NCBI GenBank assembly: GCA_012295275.1
Contig: CM022676.1
Location: 17,298,001 to 17,362,000 of the forward strand
Direction of reading: 5' to 3'
DNA from: Chrysomallon squamiferum
Lineage: Eukaryota > Animalia > Mollusca
Length of the DNA stretch: 64,000 bases
The translations under genes and the position numbers were made by a program. Under the pieces are notes generated by a model that was given only the letters and a program-made list of their open reading frames with translations, ran no database searches and was not told the DNA's origin. Numbering within the stretch: the first letter of the stretch is position 1; the number at the start of each line of letters is the position of its first letter. Below, piece by piece: positions 22,347 to 38,679 of this stretch.

Positions 22347-23732
22347 AATACAGCTTAAATAAAATGAAATGGAATTCTTACCAGGTTGTATATTTTCTAA
22401 GAAGGAGATGACAATCAGGCTGTGTTGCTGTGGAAACCGGGTTTCAGTTGTAAGAGACAAACACACAAATAGTTGATCTAATAAACCCGCTTGAAGAGAA
22501 CTTTGACCATCTCGTGATCGAGATAACAGTCAGGTGAGCTATGCCAGCTTGAAAACAAATCCTTATTTGGTAAACTGATAATTACATACGTCAATCAAAA
22601 CGATTACTAATCATTTATAGAATTTTATCTTTTCTCTTTAACGTGAAATAAAAGAGCCAGGTCCGGTTTTGTATAAATACAGGGTGGGTGTTGTATTTAT
22701 ATATTTACTTTTCAGAACAACAGTTACCTGTAGCTACTACTACTACTACTACTACAATTACTATTACTTCTAATACTGCTAATATATAGTACAACTGCTA
22801 CGGCTTTACTACCACTACTAACATCAATACCATTATTAGTATTATAACTAATTTAACTACTGTTAGTACTCTGGATAATACTACTTCTGCTTCTACCACT
22901 AAAACTACTGCTACTATTACTGCTACTGCTACATGTACTGGCGTTGCTACCACAAACATTACTGCTACTACTGCTACTAATGCTGTTGTTGTTAATACAA
23001 ATCATATTGCTACAGCTTTACTACTATAACTATTTCTACTGCTATTACAAGTACTATTACTATTACTGCTATTATAAGTACTATTACTATTACTGCTACT
23101 ATAAGTATAACAGCAGTAATTATTCTTTCTGCTACTACTACTGTCTTTTAATTTCAAACTACTTTATGATATTTTATTCTTTAACAGTGACAATATCATT
23201 TGTTTAATCTACTTATACATAATTATCTATGTTCAACTCGTTTATAACTAGCTTATTAGTAAAACACTTATTAGTGATAGTATAACCGACTGATCTATTT
23301 TGTGAAGAGTAAAGTTTACTTTGCTGTCTTAAATGTTTAACCTTGAGATAAACTAAATATAATGCCAGCTTTCCACACACAGAAACACACAGAAATACAC
23401 ACACATACACATTCAAAAACAGAAACACAACACAAACTAACACGTAGAAAAGATAAATCAATCAATCAATTAATTAATTAATTAATTAGAACACACATGA
23501 TTGTTTTAGAACAGTGGGGGCATTGTTTTCAACATATTTAATCTCAAATTATTTTATTTATTTATGTATACATATATATACACACATATTTATAGAGAAT
23601 TGACCATAATTGGAAACACACACACACACATGCACACGGAGAAACACACACACATATACTGAAGCATACACATACTCAGACACACATACATAGAAACACC
23701 CAGACATAGGCACAGGGCCTTCTCTTATCTTT

Positions 23733-24086
<354 letters not shown>

Positions 24087-24356
24087 ATAATAATATAATA
24101 ACAATAATAATTTCTTTATGCTCAAACTTTTCATTCTCTAATATTGTAAATGTAGTTATATTTTACAGTAGTAATTTTCTACGAGCGGTTTGAAAATTTT
24201 GTTATCTTTGTTGAACTTGTTATTGACACACGAGTTAGTGATAACATGACCTACTAACCTGCTTTGTCAAGTCTAAAGTTTGCTTAGTTGTCTAAATTTA
24301 TTAAATTGAGATAAAGATTACTTTATATTTCTCTATTTGTTCATTTGTTTATTTTC

Positions 24357-24413
24357 TCTCTCTCTCTCAAGTTGACTTTGTAGTAAAGTCAAAGTCAACT
24401 TGAGAGAGAGAGA
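24357..24413. repeat. Perfect 24-bp inverted repeat with 9-nt spacer
   Basis: TCTCTCTCTCTCAAGTTGACTTTG-TAGTAAAGT-CAAAGTCAACTTGAGAGAGAGAGA. Confidence 0.9.
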
Positions 24414-24566
24414 AATAACTACACAAATAAATAAATAAATAAACACAAACGAACAAACAAATAAATAAATAAATAACAAAAAAGTTAGTATATATGTAAA
24501 AAGAAAATCATCTAAGTATTATTTTAGTAGTATATTTTAAAAAACACACGCACGCACAGGCACATA

Positions 24567-24618
<52 letters not shown>

Positions 24619-26483
24619 TGGAAAGATCAGAAGAGAATCATACATTATCACACGAGGTAAACCACTGTGTTATGTGGAGACGGGTGTGGATGTACATAAA
24701 TCTCTTTATCAACAGACACGTGCAGTCCATGAACATCTGAATACCAGTTCATATATAATCTCTTCATTTACCTAATATATGATTCACCTGGAGAAACATT
24801 TCAACAAGACACGAGGTGTCAGTGGAGAGGAGCAGAAATTCAAACTTGGATCACAAGACGTACTCCCCAGTATCGCTGTCACATCTTAAACAGCGCGCAG
24901 CTTGATACCAGAGTTTTCTTCCAACACTTTTCTTCTAATATCTCTTTTGTTGACGAACACAACAGTAGTTTTAATTTTATTAAATAGTTAGTTAGTATTA
25001 CTCGCTACCGCTCTGATTAGTACTAAGTTATATGTGTATTGCGTATCCGACAAGGCGTGTGAGTGTGTGTGTGTGTAGACAAACACGCATGTATACACAG
25101 GCAGACACGAACACACATACACACACATAGATCACCGTTTGATATATGCTTTGTTACAAACGCTTTGTTATAAACAATTGCAGCCACGTTAATTATTTGT
25201 CACATTGCATGTTACTGACACGAACACAGATACACAACATAAATCATAATTAGAGAACGGTTTGCATAGTTTAGTTATGTTTTAAAAACAGTTATTACTA
25301 CAAATGGCAGAACAACTCTTACAACTGTTTATTTCCAATATGAAGAATAAACACAAACAGTTTTAAGCATCTGCCAGAATTAGAATCAAATCAAATTTAT
25401 TGAAAAAAAAAATAGATAATAAAGCATGACAAACAGATTAAAAGAATACAGCATATAGAGTCAGAAATTAAAGTATATTAAATATAAAAATCGAGAATGA
25501 GCTCACTGGACAGTGTTTGCAATACATACATACAGACAGTTTACAGCTGACAAGATAACAATATTTGACACTAAAACATAATCACCATTAATTCGTCACT
25601 GAATTTGTTTGCAGAAGATGATCAATCAATTACTATAGACTGTTGGTTTCATAACTTTCTACAGAAAAAAAAAAAAAAAACAACAACGAAAACAAATTGT
25701 TGATGTTCACTATCAACAGAAAACAATACAAAAATGATTTTCTTACATACAAATAAAAATTATTTCCAATATGAATCTCTAAAAAATAGTTTTTTTGAGG
25801 TTTCAGTTTTTAAGTTCAAAGTAAAGTTTCTATCAAATAGAATGAATCACATGGTAATACGTTAAAAAAGAGTAATCAACGTGTCCTGATTCATCATCTA
25901 CATCCTGTGATTATCCTGAGATTGACACTAAAGATTATGTAATTGCGTGTAAATAAATAATAATAACAAAACAAAACAAAAATAAAATAATAATAATAAT
26001 GATAAAAAAAACAGGCATAAAAAATTAAATTATACAATACAGTTAGACAGAACCTGAATCATAATTTTAACTTTGAAAAAGCAATTCATTAATTCAGTGG
26101 AATTAATAGGAGATTTAAAAAGTAACTAACACAAATACACGCTTTTAACAGCTTAGAAATTTATAGGTGAGAATCCCAGCCACTCATTTAACCAGATAAT
26201 TGAAACTGAAGACAACAGTAACGACTCTCATACATATATTCATGTATGTGATGTCAGAAGGTAAAACTCAGTTCTGAAATCAGTTTGGTTCAAAAACTGA
26301 TAGAGCATGTGATAAAGGAACACATCAAAAAATGTTAAAAAGTAAAATGTTCTTGTACATAAGAGGTATTGTAAAGAGCTATTTGTCACTGAAAACAAGT
26401 AATTTTGAACTTAAAGTGATTTCTAAACTGTCCTGTACATCGCCTGAATCTGAGAGATTTGTTCTCAGTTTAGTGTCCTCTCT

Positions 26484-27350
26484 GTTTGAGCTATCACTGG
26501 AACAGTCATCAGATATTTCACACTGTCCACACACTCAACTCTGAGCTATCACTGGAACAGTCATCAAATAGTTCACACTGTCCACACACTGAACTCTGTC
26601 TGAACTATCACTAGAACAGTCATCAGATATTTCACACTGTCCACACACTGAACTCTGTCTGAGCTATCACTGGAACAGTCATCAGATATTTCACACTGTC
26701 CACACACTGAACTCTGTCTGAGCTATCACTGGAACAGTCATCAGATATTTCACACTGTCCACACACTGAACTCTGTCTGAGCTATCACTGGAACAGTCAT
26801 CAGATATTTCACACTGTCCACACACTGAACTCTGTCTGAGCTATCACTGGAACAGTCATCAGATATTTCACACTGTCCACACACTGAACTCTGTCTGAGC
26901 TATCACTGGAACAGTCATCAGATATTTCACACTGTCCACACACTGAACTCTGTCTGAGCTATCACTGGAACAGTCATCAGATATTTCACACTGTCCACAC
27001 ACTGAACTCTGTTTGAGCTATCACTGGAACAGTCATCAGATATTTCACACTGTCCACACACTGAACTCTGTCTGAGCTATCACTGGAACAGTCATCAGAT
27101 ATTTCACACTGTTCACACTGTCTGAACTCTGTCTGAGGAACAGTCATCAGATATTTCACACTGTCCTCACACTGAACTCTGTCAGAGCTATCACTGGAAC
27201 AGTCATCAGATATTTCACACTGTCCACACACTGAACTCTGTCTGAGCTATCACTGGAACAGTCATCAGATATTTCACACTGTCCACACACTGAACTCTGT
27301 CTGAGCTATCACTGGAACAGTCATCAGATATTTCACACTGTCCACACACT
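26484..27350. repeat. 59-bp minisatellite, about 14-15 nearly identical copies
   Basis: Unit CTGAGCTATCACTGGAACAGTCATCAGATATTTCACACTGTCCACACACTGAACTCTGT. Confidence 0.97.
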
Positions 27351-28493
27351 GGACTGTTTCACGTTCTGAACCTGTTTGCATGTTTCTGATCTCGGTTCAA
27401 CGCAATGATCTAGTGTTTTGTTTGTTTCAAATTTGGCAGATACTGAACTTTGTTTGATCTTCTTTACCTGTGTTTACAAGTTCGATTTTTCATCTAGATA
27501 TCTGTTTGTTGTTTCGTTTCTTTCATACTCTGCAGAGTTCTGTTTCGTCAGAGCTGTATGCTCATCTTATAAACTGTGATTAAATTCTTTATTTAAACTG
27601 AATCAATTTCAGAATATTTATTATTCTTATTTTTAACAGGTGTGTAGAAATTTGTAATACGCACGCTGTTGTCAACGTTCGCTTCTGTGTTCATGGTTTA
27701 GATGCCAATGTCAGATTCAAGTTTTCTTCTTCACTTTGTTTTCATTTATTTCAGCTTTGTCCCTGTAGTTTCATTCACGTGACTTTTCTTCATTTTCCTT
27801 TCCTGTTTACTGCATTCTTCTATCTCATCTTCTTTTACGTTTGTTTCTTCATCGATGTTTCAAACCTCCGTTTCTTGTTGCCTGTCCAATTTTCATTTTG
27901 TTCGGTATTTTCAGGATAATATTCAATAAACTTAATGTGTATAAAACCTTCAAAATTGTCATCTGTCAACCCCAAAAATGTGAATGGTATATTGTAATCT
28001 AAATACTACATACTTCAACAATTGCAAACAAACAAACAGTGGGGCTGACAACAGCAAATTTTAAGACGAATGGTGGAACAGATGATACAAACATCATATT
28101 TAACACATTTGTTCTTCAGGGGTTTATAATCAAATCTTACTGATTTGCCATTTGAAAATCCAAGATGGCAGCCATTAATCAAGATGCACGCCAAGTTCGC
28201 CTACCAAAGTTCATTTTCTCTTTATAAATATTTGTAAAGTACAACTACCTCCAGATCTACAAACAAAAGAGTCTACAAATATTTATGATTTACCTTCACG
28301 TCCACACCTTGTGTCTTTCGAAATCGCCATCTTTTTATTATCTTAACATTAACAACAACCCGTACTCAGTGTCTTTAATAATTTTCACTGGACTCGACGT
28401 CATACACGTCAGACACATGTTCATATCTCTGTGTCAGTGTAGACCGTGACAAAGAGGCCGACGTCGTAGTTTCGTTGTACACGGTCACCGTAC

Positions 28494-28634
<141 letters not shown>

Positions 28635-28791
28635 TACATTACACTACTGTATTTTTCTCTTTCATACAAGCATATGGAAATTGTTCGTACATTGAACCCA
28701 CTAACTATGGACCAATTAATAAGTATTTTTCGACAAAATTTATGTTAATCATTCCGTCTGTTTGACAGTACCGAGCATTCAGTTATGTTTG

Positions 28792-28846
<55 letters not shown>

Positions 28847-29183
28847 GAGAATGTTGACTTTGCACTGAAGTAATTTTCATTATCTCCAGGTAAGAAAGGT
28901 GAGACCAACGCAGTGAACTTTAATATTGACAAAACAGATTAGTAAGTCTCATTTCGCTCACTCGTGTTTTAATAACAAGTAAACTGAACACAGTATTTCA
29001 ATCTGTGTCGTAGTTGCAATATATGATACAATTCATTCAAATGCAACCAAATTTTATTAAATTAAACAAATCACTTTACTAATTTCATGTATGTATGTAT
29101 ATATATACATGTATATAATTCAGTTAACTTTGTACTAAAAAGAACAAAAAACACGATACATATTGGGCCAAACATTAAGCACA

Positions 29184-29243
<60 letters not shown>

Positions 29244-30638
29244 ACCGCCACGTACTGGTTTCCATAGAATATTTGAAAATACATCAATTTAATAATTAAA
29301 GACAAGTTATTATTAAGGTTATTACGGTAGATTTAACATGTATTTCATCTGACCTACTTAAAATATATTTTTTTAAAGATTGCAGCAAATTTTCGCAACT
29401 GAACATCGAGACGATGTTTTTTTTGTATTTGCTATTATTAGTCTTTCTTTTCTTAATTTGTTTTTACATTTTTACTGTTTTTACATTTAAACTGATAACG
29501 TGTCTTCAGTTTAATTAGAAGTTATTTTTTCTTAATAGATCAATGATTCAGTACTTTTATTATTTTTGGCGTTGCTTCACTTTTTATTTAGAAATATAAT
29601 AAAAGTAATATTACTAATTTACCTTGTACTGCCACCCCTACTACTTATACTTGTGTTGTTGTTTTTATTATTATTGTTGTTATTATTAATTTTTTATTTG
29701 TTTATTTTATATGTATATATATTTGCTTGTGGTTTATTAATATATTTATTTATTTATTATTATTTATTTTAAATGTATTTCTTTTCATTTTTTTCTCTCT
29801 CTCTCTCTGTATTTCTCTATCTCTCTCTCTCTTATTAAGTTGAATTTATACTAAAGTAATCTTTATCTCTAGGTAATAAATTTAAGACAACTAAGTAAAC
29901 TTTAGTGTTGACAAAACAGATTAGATTTCTCTCTGTCTACTTAAGTTGACTTTGTACTAAAGTAATCTTTATCTCAGGGTAATAAATTTAAGACAACTAA
30001 GTAAACTCTAGTCTTGACAAAACAGAATAGTAGGTCATGTTATCAGTAACACGCGTTTCAATAACAAGCTAAACAGAGAGGACAAACATTTGAAAACGGG
30101 TCGTAGAAATGTTCAAACTTTCAGTGTAGAGTCTCGATTCATATGTAAAAAAATTTAAATAGATGAAACACAGGAAATTTACAATAATAAACAATGAAAA
30201 ATCTGATCAGAAAGAAATTATTATTATTGCTATTACATGAATTTTACTTCAGATATTTTAAACTACATTAAACCAAGTTTTTCCTCTGTAACTAGTGTTA
30301 TCGTAACTACCAGCAAAGATTAAAGAAAAATTGTTTTAAGAAGTGTTTTATCTGTGTCAGCCACGTGATCAGCAGATTGTTGGAGACGGAAATATTTGAT
30401 ATCAATATAAAGGGTTGTACTCTTATTAAATCATTCAGACGACTGTGTATTGTTAGAAAATTAATTATAGCGGGGAAATTTTAATATTAGACATTCTGAT
30501 TGTCTTCTCTTGTCGTATAAGTCATATAGACAGGAAAATTACCTTTTCTTAATAATAGTAATATTCAACTACCTTCATGATTGTTTTGCATTGTGTAATA
30601 ATTTTAGATTCTGCAAAAGGGGAAAGTGATAGGGCTGC

Positions 30639-30752
<114 letters not shown>

Positions 30753-31342
30753 AAAACATCGGAATAATCAGCCAAGTCGTGAAGCTGCTTTGTCTCTCAA
30801 AGGCGAGGTGCGAGCAGCGTCACCAAAATTACAATAAAAGTAAACCTGAGCATGTCGAGAAGCCTGATTTGTTTTTACAGATAGATTCTTTGTTCATGGC
30901 AAGATTAAATTAATCTGCGTTTTAACAGTATAGCAGAAAACGAAATATTTTAAAAGAAATGTTCGACTACTAAATAAAATCTAGACTAGAAAGCAAGAGA
31001 TGCTCGCATGTCTAAAAATCAAAAACTGAGAGAGGTAGTCAGATACTCGAAACCATTTAGCTATTCTGTACTGAATTAGAAAATTATTCCGAAATTGATG
31101 ATTGTGTATACAAAGTAATCTTATTGTAATTATTCCAATCAAACAAGAAGTTTATTTGTTTTTGAAAGCTTTTTAAATAACTTATTTCATATTCTTCAGT
31201 TTTATATTGATGGTCAAAAGATGTAATTGAAATGGCGTACATATAATCCGTTTTCATGGCAACAGTAGTACTCATATATTTCAAGACTAATTACATATAT
31301 ATAACACCAGCAGCTGCAGCAGCAGCAACAACAACAACAATG

Positions 31343-31436
<94 letters not shown>

Positions 31437-32609
31437 AATAATAAGTACAACGAAAACATAAACTATTATTATTTTAAATTTTACAAAATCTGATTTTCTT
31501 TTGTTTGGATTGTGTTGTTTGTGCAACCCACATTTTATTAGCAGCTGAATTAACATACGACAAAACACCTGTGATTTGATTTAGTCTTCACGGGACGACT
31601 AGATTATAAGGTAAATATATTTGTTTTCTTTTGTTATCAATCTTTAAATATGATTTTAAATTAAACTAAATGAGGCGATTAAACCGAAGTTCTCCCCCTG
31701 CACCCAGTATAACATTCGATATCCAGTATTAAATTAAACAAGATTTATTTCTCATGACGAAGTATTTTATCCGTGTCAGTCACGCGGTCTTTCTAAATCA
31801 CGCTATCAGCTCACTGTTCTGCCAGGAGAGGAAGAAATATTTCTTATCAGTATCAGGTCCGTACCTGAGTTAAATCATAGGTGTCGTGCGCTACTCTTGT
31901 GTAAATATGTGTATACCTGTAATTATTTATTTTTCTAAAGTAATGACATTCAGAATATATGTTTGATAATAATCATAAGCATAGTGGTTGACCCTAAGTG
32001 TATAAATATCATCTGCTACCATGTGTTTCTATGTTATCTTCGGACATAAAAATATTTTTAAAATTATGTAGTAGAACAATATATACTACTACTATTTCTA
32101 CTACTACTACTACTACTAGTACTACTACTACTACGACTAATAATAATAATAATAATAATACGACTATTACTATTATCATTATCAGCAAATGTATGATATT
32201 ACTACTAATAATAATATATCTGTTAATTACTTTTGTTATTTTATTTTGTTATATTTAGATATTTAGTTGTTTACTTTTGGTCTGGACCTGAATTAATTGT
32301 GTGATACATGTCTGACTGCATGTATTCAAAACGTGACTAAACACGGTCAAGTATGTTTAGCCTCGGTAAACAAATAGAATAAGAAGTTCTGATAAACTCA
32401 ACATATAGGGTGTTAACATTGGCCTGTCAGTGGGTATACGTCACTAAATACCTCCCTCTGTTTATATTTAATATTTCTATTACGTTCTTTTTTATATAAT
32501 TGTTTTATTTTTTTTTTTTTTTTTTAAATTGTCTTGATGTTTTTTGTTTTTTTACCCAGATCCAGTATCTTCCACTTCGTCGTTCATGTTAAGGCAGGAT
32601 TTATTTTTA

Positions 32610-32678
<69 letters not shown>

Positions 32679-34942
32679 TGAGACTTGAAACATCTTCATT
32701 TTCGCTCGATTATTCGTGGCGGTTAATGATATCTAACAAAGGCCCGATTCCAGAAAGTTTATTACTGAGATGATTATAATTATAACAACAACAACAACAA
32801 TAATAATAATATCATAATAAAATAATAATAATAGTAATAATAATAATGAACGCTTTCTTTATCTATACTGTCAATACACATTTTAACATCGAACCAGACT
32901 GCTTCAAAAGCATTACAATAAGAGTGTTCTAAAAGCCTTTTTATGAATAACTGAACTTATCGTTTTTCTGCTTTTCTTACCCTTTTATATCACTCCTTTA
33001 TATCGTGATGGCTTTTTTTTTTTGAGACATTACAAAGGTACACCGTTATGAGTCGTAATTATTTTAAATAAGAAACAATTTAATAATAATAATAATACAT
33101 TGAAATAATTTCTTCATTCTCTGCTTACTTGGGATTGAAGCTTAGGTGGCCATGTTTTCACCACAAGCAAACATTAATAGTAGTAGTAGTAGTAGTAATA
33201 ATAATAATACTTTTTTCCTCCTTCCTTTCCGCATTTTCCTTTCTTTTTTCTTTCCTTTCATTTTTTCGCCTCTTCATTCGTTCCTTCCTTCTTATTTAAT
33301 TTTATTTTAATCTATCACCCGTTCCAACCAGTATATGAAAAGTTTTTGCGTTTGCTTTCGACTACGCTGGCAAACATAAAAGCATCATCACTGTTACTGA
33401 TGCACACGTGGCAAACTGACCGCTGTGTTATAATTATTTCTAGTGTGTTTAAGTGTTCCATTTGCTTCGATACAACCGAGAAATAGTAGAAAATACGTAG
33501 TACTCTGATTACTATATTTATCTTCACACGAACTCTTATAATAGTCTACTGTAGTAATGAATGCACAGCAGATTAGTCAAAGTACTGTAAATTTCACTGA
33601 GAACATCTAGTGAGTTGCCATACTGCTCGAATGCGGTGCTCTCTTTAATGTGGTGGAAATTAATGCTAAATTACGACCCCGAAAACCAATAATAAATTAT
33701 TCTTTTTTCATCTAAACGGTAAAGACTTACATTTTTGTGAATACTTGAATCCATTATAGTTAAATGTGTTTTGTTTATAGGATCACTAACTAGACCTTGA
33801 TTAGTGTGTATTAGTTGCTTCCTGATAAAGCGTGTTTTATATAATGCAGATATTTTGGGAGAGATCTGTTTTCCTGTAACTCATGAAGCAGGGATTAAAA
33901 AGAAATAAAAAATGTACACATGTTTGGGTGTTCAGCTATTATTTTTTATTTATTGACTATATTTTCTATTTGAATTTTAAAATTAATTATTTTGTAAACA
34001 GAATCGGAATTGAAAATTTCTTACAATTATCAGAATTTGTCATCAGTATTTCTTAATATGAATAAGTAATAATTTAAATGATATGGTATTAATGTAAAAT
34101 GACAAAGGATATCAGTTTCACTATTGTTAGATGATATAAATTTGTTGAACTCATAAAATACAAATAAAGGTTTAGATGTTTAATTAGGCTTAATAAACTT
34201 TTAGATGTTTAAAAATCTGAGACGTATTACGTCAATTATCATACTACCTTACAGAATCACGTTCCCATTCTCAAGAAATGTATCTCTAGATAAGCGAAGA
34301 GACATTTCTTTCGTTACAAATTTTTTCTTCTCGAGGAATTACGACCACCGCCAAGTACAGAAATAACCGTTATTGAGACGTGTTATGAATTACGATGAAT
34401 AGATCTCTTTCTGTGTTTCGTCAACAGAAAGACCTGTTAGTTGAATTGCTAAATACATTTGAATAGAAAACATAATACAGCGGTCTTACCCTTGCAGAGC
34501 AACTTGTAAGATAATTGATTTCAGTCACGTTTTCTGCGCAGACGGTTGCTAACAACAAAAAATAAGTTTTCAGTTCCAGCTAAACAACTCAGAGACAAGG
34601 ACGTGTTTGACACAAGAAGACAGCCATTTTGAAATTTGAAGGCATTTGAAGGTATTTGATATTTTCTTAACATGTAATGTATTTCTGTTAGTTTGTTTAA
34701 AGTAATCAGCCACAATTAATCCTGTGTACTATTTAGCATTGCTATAGATTACTGTGTGAAAGTTGTTAAATGAGTCGGTACAACGTAAACGATTATTTCA
34801 GAGTCGGTTTGTTCATCAATGTATAATTGTTTATATGTCTGGAGCGGACGTAGTAGTAGTTGTAACAGTATTACTAGTAGTAGTAGTGTTAAACTAATTC
34901 AATTATCGTCATCATCATCATCATCATCGTCATATTCTTCAT

Positions 34943-35213
34943 CATAATTCTGAAATAGTTTCATGTGCTAGCTGCATCTTATGCATGTTTTTGTCTATCT
35001 GTTTACTTTATTTAATTTTATTATGTTTTATGTATTTATTTCATTTTATATTATTTTACTTATTTATTTATATCTATGTCATAATTCTGACATAGTTTCA
35101 TGTGCTAGCTGCATCTTATGCATATTTTTGTCTATCTGTTTATTTTATTTAATTTTATTATGTTTTATGTATTTATTTCATTTTATATTATTTTACTTAT
35201 TTATTTATATCTA
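34943..35213. repeat. 137-bp direct tandem duplication
   Basis: CATAATTCTGA.ATAGTTTCATGTGCTAGCTGCATCTTATGCAT... begins near 34943 and again near 35080. Confidence 0.9.
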
Positions 35214-35262
35214 ATATCACTGATTTATAATAGAATCGTTAAACAGAATGTAGTCGTTTCTC

Positions 35263-35304
<42 letters not shown>

Positions 35305-37145
35305 GGACTTTTTATAACACAGATATATAGAATGCAATATAATAGGACTACATCAAAATGATTTAATCTACTTTAAGGAAAAATGCTTGTAAGATGAGTG
35401 TACATGTCTCGTAACATGATTTGTTATTTTAATCTGAGATTCAAACCCAAAACAGTGATACTTGATGACGTAAAGATGTTTGACATCAGTCACGTGTTTA
35501 TCAGTGGAGGATTTTGATAATTAAAAGTAAACAAACCAAAAGTAAAAAACGTCGGTCATATCGAAAATGGATGATATATTATACTGTGTTATGTTTTAAC
35601 GATTCGACTGTTTTTAGTTTCATTACGTATACTTATATCAGAGTTATAACAAATAGATCATTATATCGTGAGGTGTTGTTTTTCAAATTGAGTTGAAAAA
35701 CATTACGTACAGCCTGACTTGAAAATATATTGTCCGATAACGAAATTATAGTTATCTTTCTGGATTTTGGAACTTGTATATGAAGAATTTAATAATTATA
35801 CTGTGTCATATACTTGTCTGATTTCCGATTTCTTTTTATTTGGTATATTGGAACTAATTTGTTTGTTGTAAATATGTTTAATTAATGTTAGGAATATTTG
35901 TAGAAATGAATGGGCAATATACTTACTTACTGTAGTGTACATACAGGTTGATAACGAGATGTTAGACTGTATTACAGATACTTTCAAAAACTGCATGTTA
36001 ATAATATAAAAAAGAAATAGCTACAAGCGGATTCTATATGTAGGTATAACAAATTGCAATCCGTGGCTTAGTAAATAAGTTAGGACCAATTTTCTAAATT
36101 AAACAACCACAGAAAACAGTAAATTTAAACCTCGCTAAGAAATCGAGTCCTTATTAGGGTGTAGCTAAGGGCCCTACTGCGGTTTACCTTCATAATTGTA
36201 TTATTTTATACAGTATTTTATGTGGAGAAATAAAAACAATACAAAATAAAAAATAAAAATGAAGAAAGAAAGGAAGAAACAAACAAACAAATACTATTAA
36301 ATAAATAAAATGTAATAAATAATTTTAAGAAAATAAACACAAAAGTAACTAAATTAAAAATTTAAATAACAAGTGATTTTACGATTCACAATTACATTGC
36401 ACTTTTCACGATCCTAGGTATAACGTTTTTTCTCTCCAGTACTATTAACATGCTATTTTTATCTGACCTAAAAAGCAGACAATTGTTAGCCATCAGTTTT
36501 TCATGAAAATAAAACTGGAAATAAAGATAGATAATTTACAGGCAAAATAAATAATATATATTGTTAACAGGTTTCAAAGGCAAGTTACATTATACGGGAC
36601 ACATTGCATGTAATAAAATATGTGCATTTATTTACCGCTAAAGGTGGCGTGACATCTGATTTCAGTCACGTGTTCACGAGCAGACGACTTTGGAAACAGC
36701 GATGCACAGAAGATATTTCAGTGACTTGTCAAGCAGGACGTTGTCAGTTCCAGGAAAACACTCACCAAGCAAGGACGTACTTTTGTTCGCAGGCGGACAT
36801 TTTGAAATTTGAAGGTATTTTGTATTTTAAAGCAATTTAATATATGCTGTACTAGTAGTACTTTTACTTATATCAGACCAGACATATTGAATTAGTAATC
36901 CATGTTGTCAAAGCTGTACATTTTTTTTGAGAATTTTCTCAAACGATGTATTATTTTTTATTTTTTATTTTTAAAGATAACACACTGCTTTATGAGAAAT
37001 ATCGAACAAAAACAATAATAAAATAACAAATACTAAGAAGAAATAAAAATAACAATGGTGTCTTCAATATAATAATAATTATTATTCTATTAGTTGTAGT
37101 AGTAGCAGTTGCAGTAGCAGTAGTTGTAATAGTATCACCTAAATA

Positions 37146-37487
37146 CAGGTACCGGACCAATTATCAGGACTCCTTGGGTCCTGAGGCGTTCCGAATTTCT
37201 GGATCTTCCGGTTTTCTCGTGCCAAGGGATTTAAATTCGTAAATATTTAGGCATAAACATTTTACAATTTAAAAAAAAAAAGGAAGAAAATTGACGACAC
37301 ACAACTGTGGCGACTCGACACGTAAACAATGCGGCGAGTGAATGAACAACACGCGGCTTGAAAGAGTAGTACCAGTCTCGTGAGGACAAAACCCGCGCGC
37401 GCAAAGTATGAAAATTACGTCGGGGAAAAGTTATGGTTTTCCGGTCTTTCGGTATTTCAGGACGCCGGATAATTGGTCCGGTATCTG
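37146..37487. mobile_element. Tc1/mariner (pogo/Tigger-like) MITE, 342 bp
   Basis: Left TIR CAGGTACCGGACCAATTATCAGG; right end reverse-complement CAGATACCGGACCAATTATCCGG. TA on both flanks (37144-45, 37488-89). No ORF. Confidence 0.85.
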
Positions 37488-38457
37488 TAGAGATCAGTGT
37501 ATCGTTTATAGTTTATGCTGTATCTGATTACTTCGTTTTACTTTATATCATTTTGTTTATTTATTTATTTATTTACTTATTTATAGATCCCTGATCTCTG
37601 TGATCAATAGTAGAGTTAAAAAAAAATTACTCCTTTCTAAGAAATTATCGATCAGAAATTTTTCAGGTAAGTATCTGTTTTGAAACTACAATTTATTTTA
37701 TATTGTGTTAATTTAATTTAATATTATTTAATTTAATTTATTATTATTATTACTATTATTATTATTGATATACTGCTATTGATATACATATAATAAACAG
37801 TATCACAGCGTGAGGTTTTCAAAGATATCGTACGTGCCAATAGAAGATTTGAAAATATTATCTCATATAATAGTATTATTTTCTATTTACGAGTTTGTTA
37901 GTTTGTTATATTTATTGGACATATTTGGGTTGTCTGCATCTTCTTCCTTGAAATAATGACAAATGTAAATATTTTCATATTTTCAAGGGTTTATTTCTAC
38001 ACTTTTGGGCAGAGAGTTTGTTAACAATGAATTTGTCAGATCGTTGTAAATAACACCCGAGTATACCTTTGTGTTTCTCATATAGCAGTGACACGCTATT
38101 TGTATCTGACCTACATTACAAACAAACGTCACGTATTAGCTTAACTTGATATACTGGTCATGCAAGCATCGTCAGAGAAATAAAATATCTACACTTATAT
38201 TTAGTGCACTGTAAAATTTATTTCTTCTTCTTATTGTTGTTGTTCTCTTGTTTATATTACTATTATTAGTAGTATTATTATTATTATTATACAGATTTAA
38301 CAACTTACCTATAAACAATGCAATCTAATAGTACTTGATCTAATCAACTGTTGTAATCAATTTCAAAAACAATTATGTAAGATGAGTATACATATATCTC
38401 ATAGCACGATTTCTTTATTTTATTCTGACATTGAAACCTAACAACGTGACACTTGAT

Positions 38458-38679
38458 CAGTGTCGTGTGGAGGTCTGGTGAAGCCCGGGGCCAACTCCTT
38501 GATTGTAATTCCCAAAGATTCAAGTACAAGGCCTAGCACTGAGGAATAGTATGAGAAAGGAAGATATTTTGAATATGTAAACACAGATGAAACATAAAAT
38601 AAACACTTTATTCGATTTAAATTTAAATCTGGATGCTCGGTACCAGAGCCCCTTCGGCCCTCACCTCTGCACGCCACTG
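38458..38679. mobile_element. hAT-family MITE, 222 bp, with 8-bp target-site duplication
   Basis: TIRs CAGTGTCGTGTGGAGGT and rc CAGTGGCGTGCAGAGGT (14/17). TSD CACTTGAT at 38450-38457 and 38680-38687. The empty site is visible in paralogous blocks (about 20048-20055 rc, and about 35460). Confidence 0.92.

Noticed and set aside
26090-26130. LIGDLKS resembling the LINE endonuclease GDFN motif
   Set aside because: Isolated short match in a stop-ridden frame, with no other endonuclease or RT motifs nearby.
26484-27350. CRISPR-like array
   Set aside because: Units are contiguous and identical with no unique spacers, there are no cas genes, and the context is eukaryotic; it is a minisatellite.
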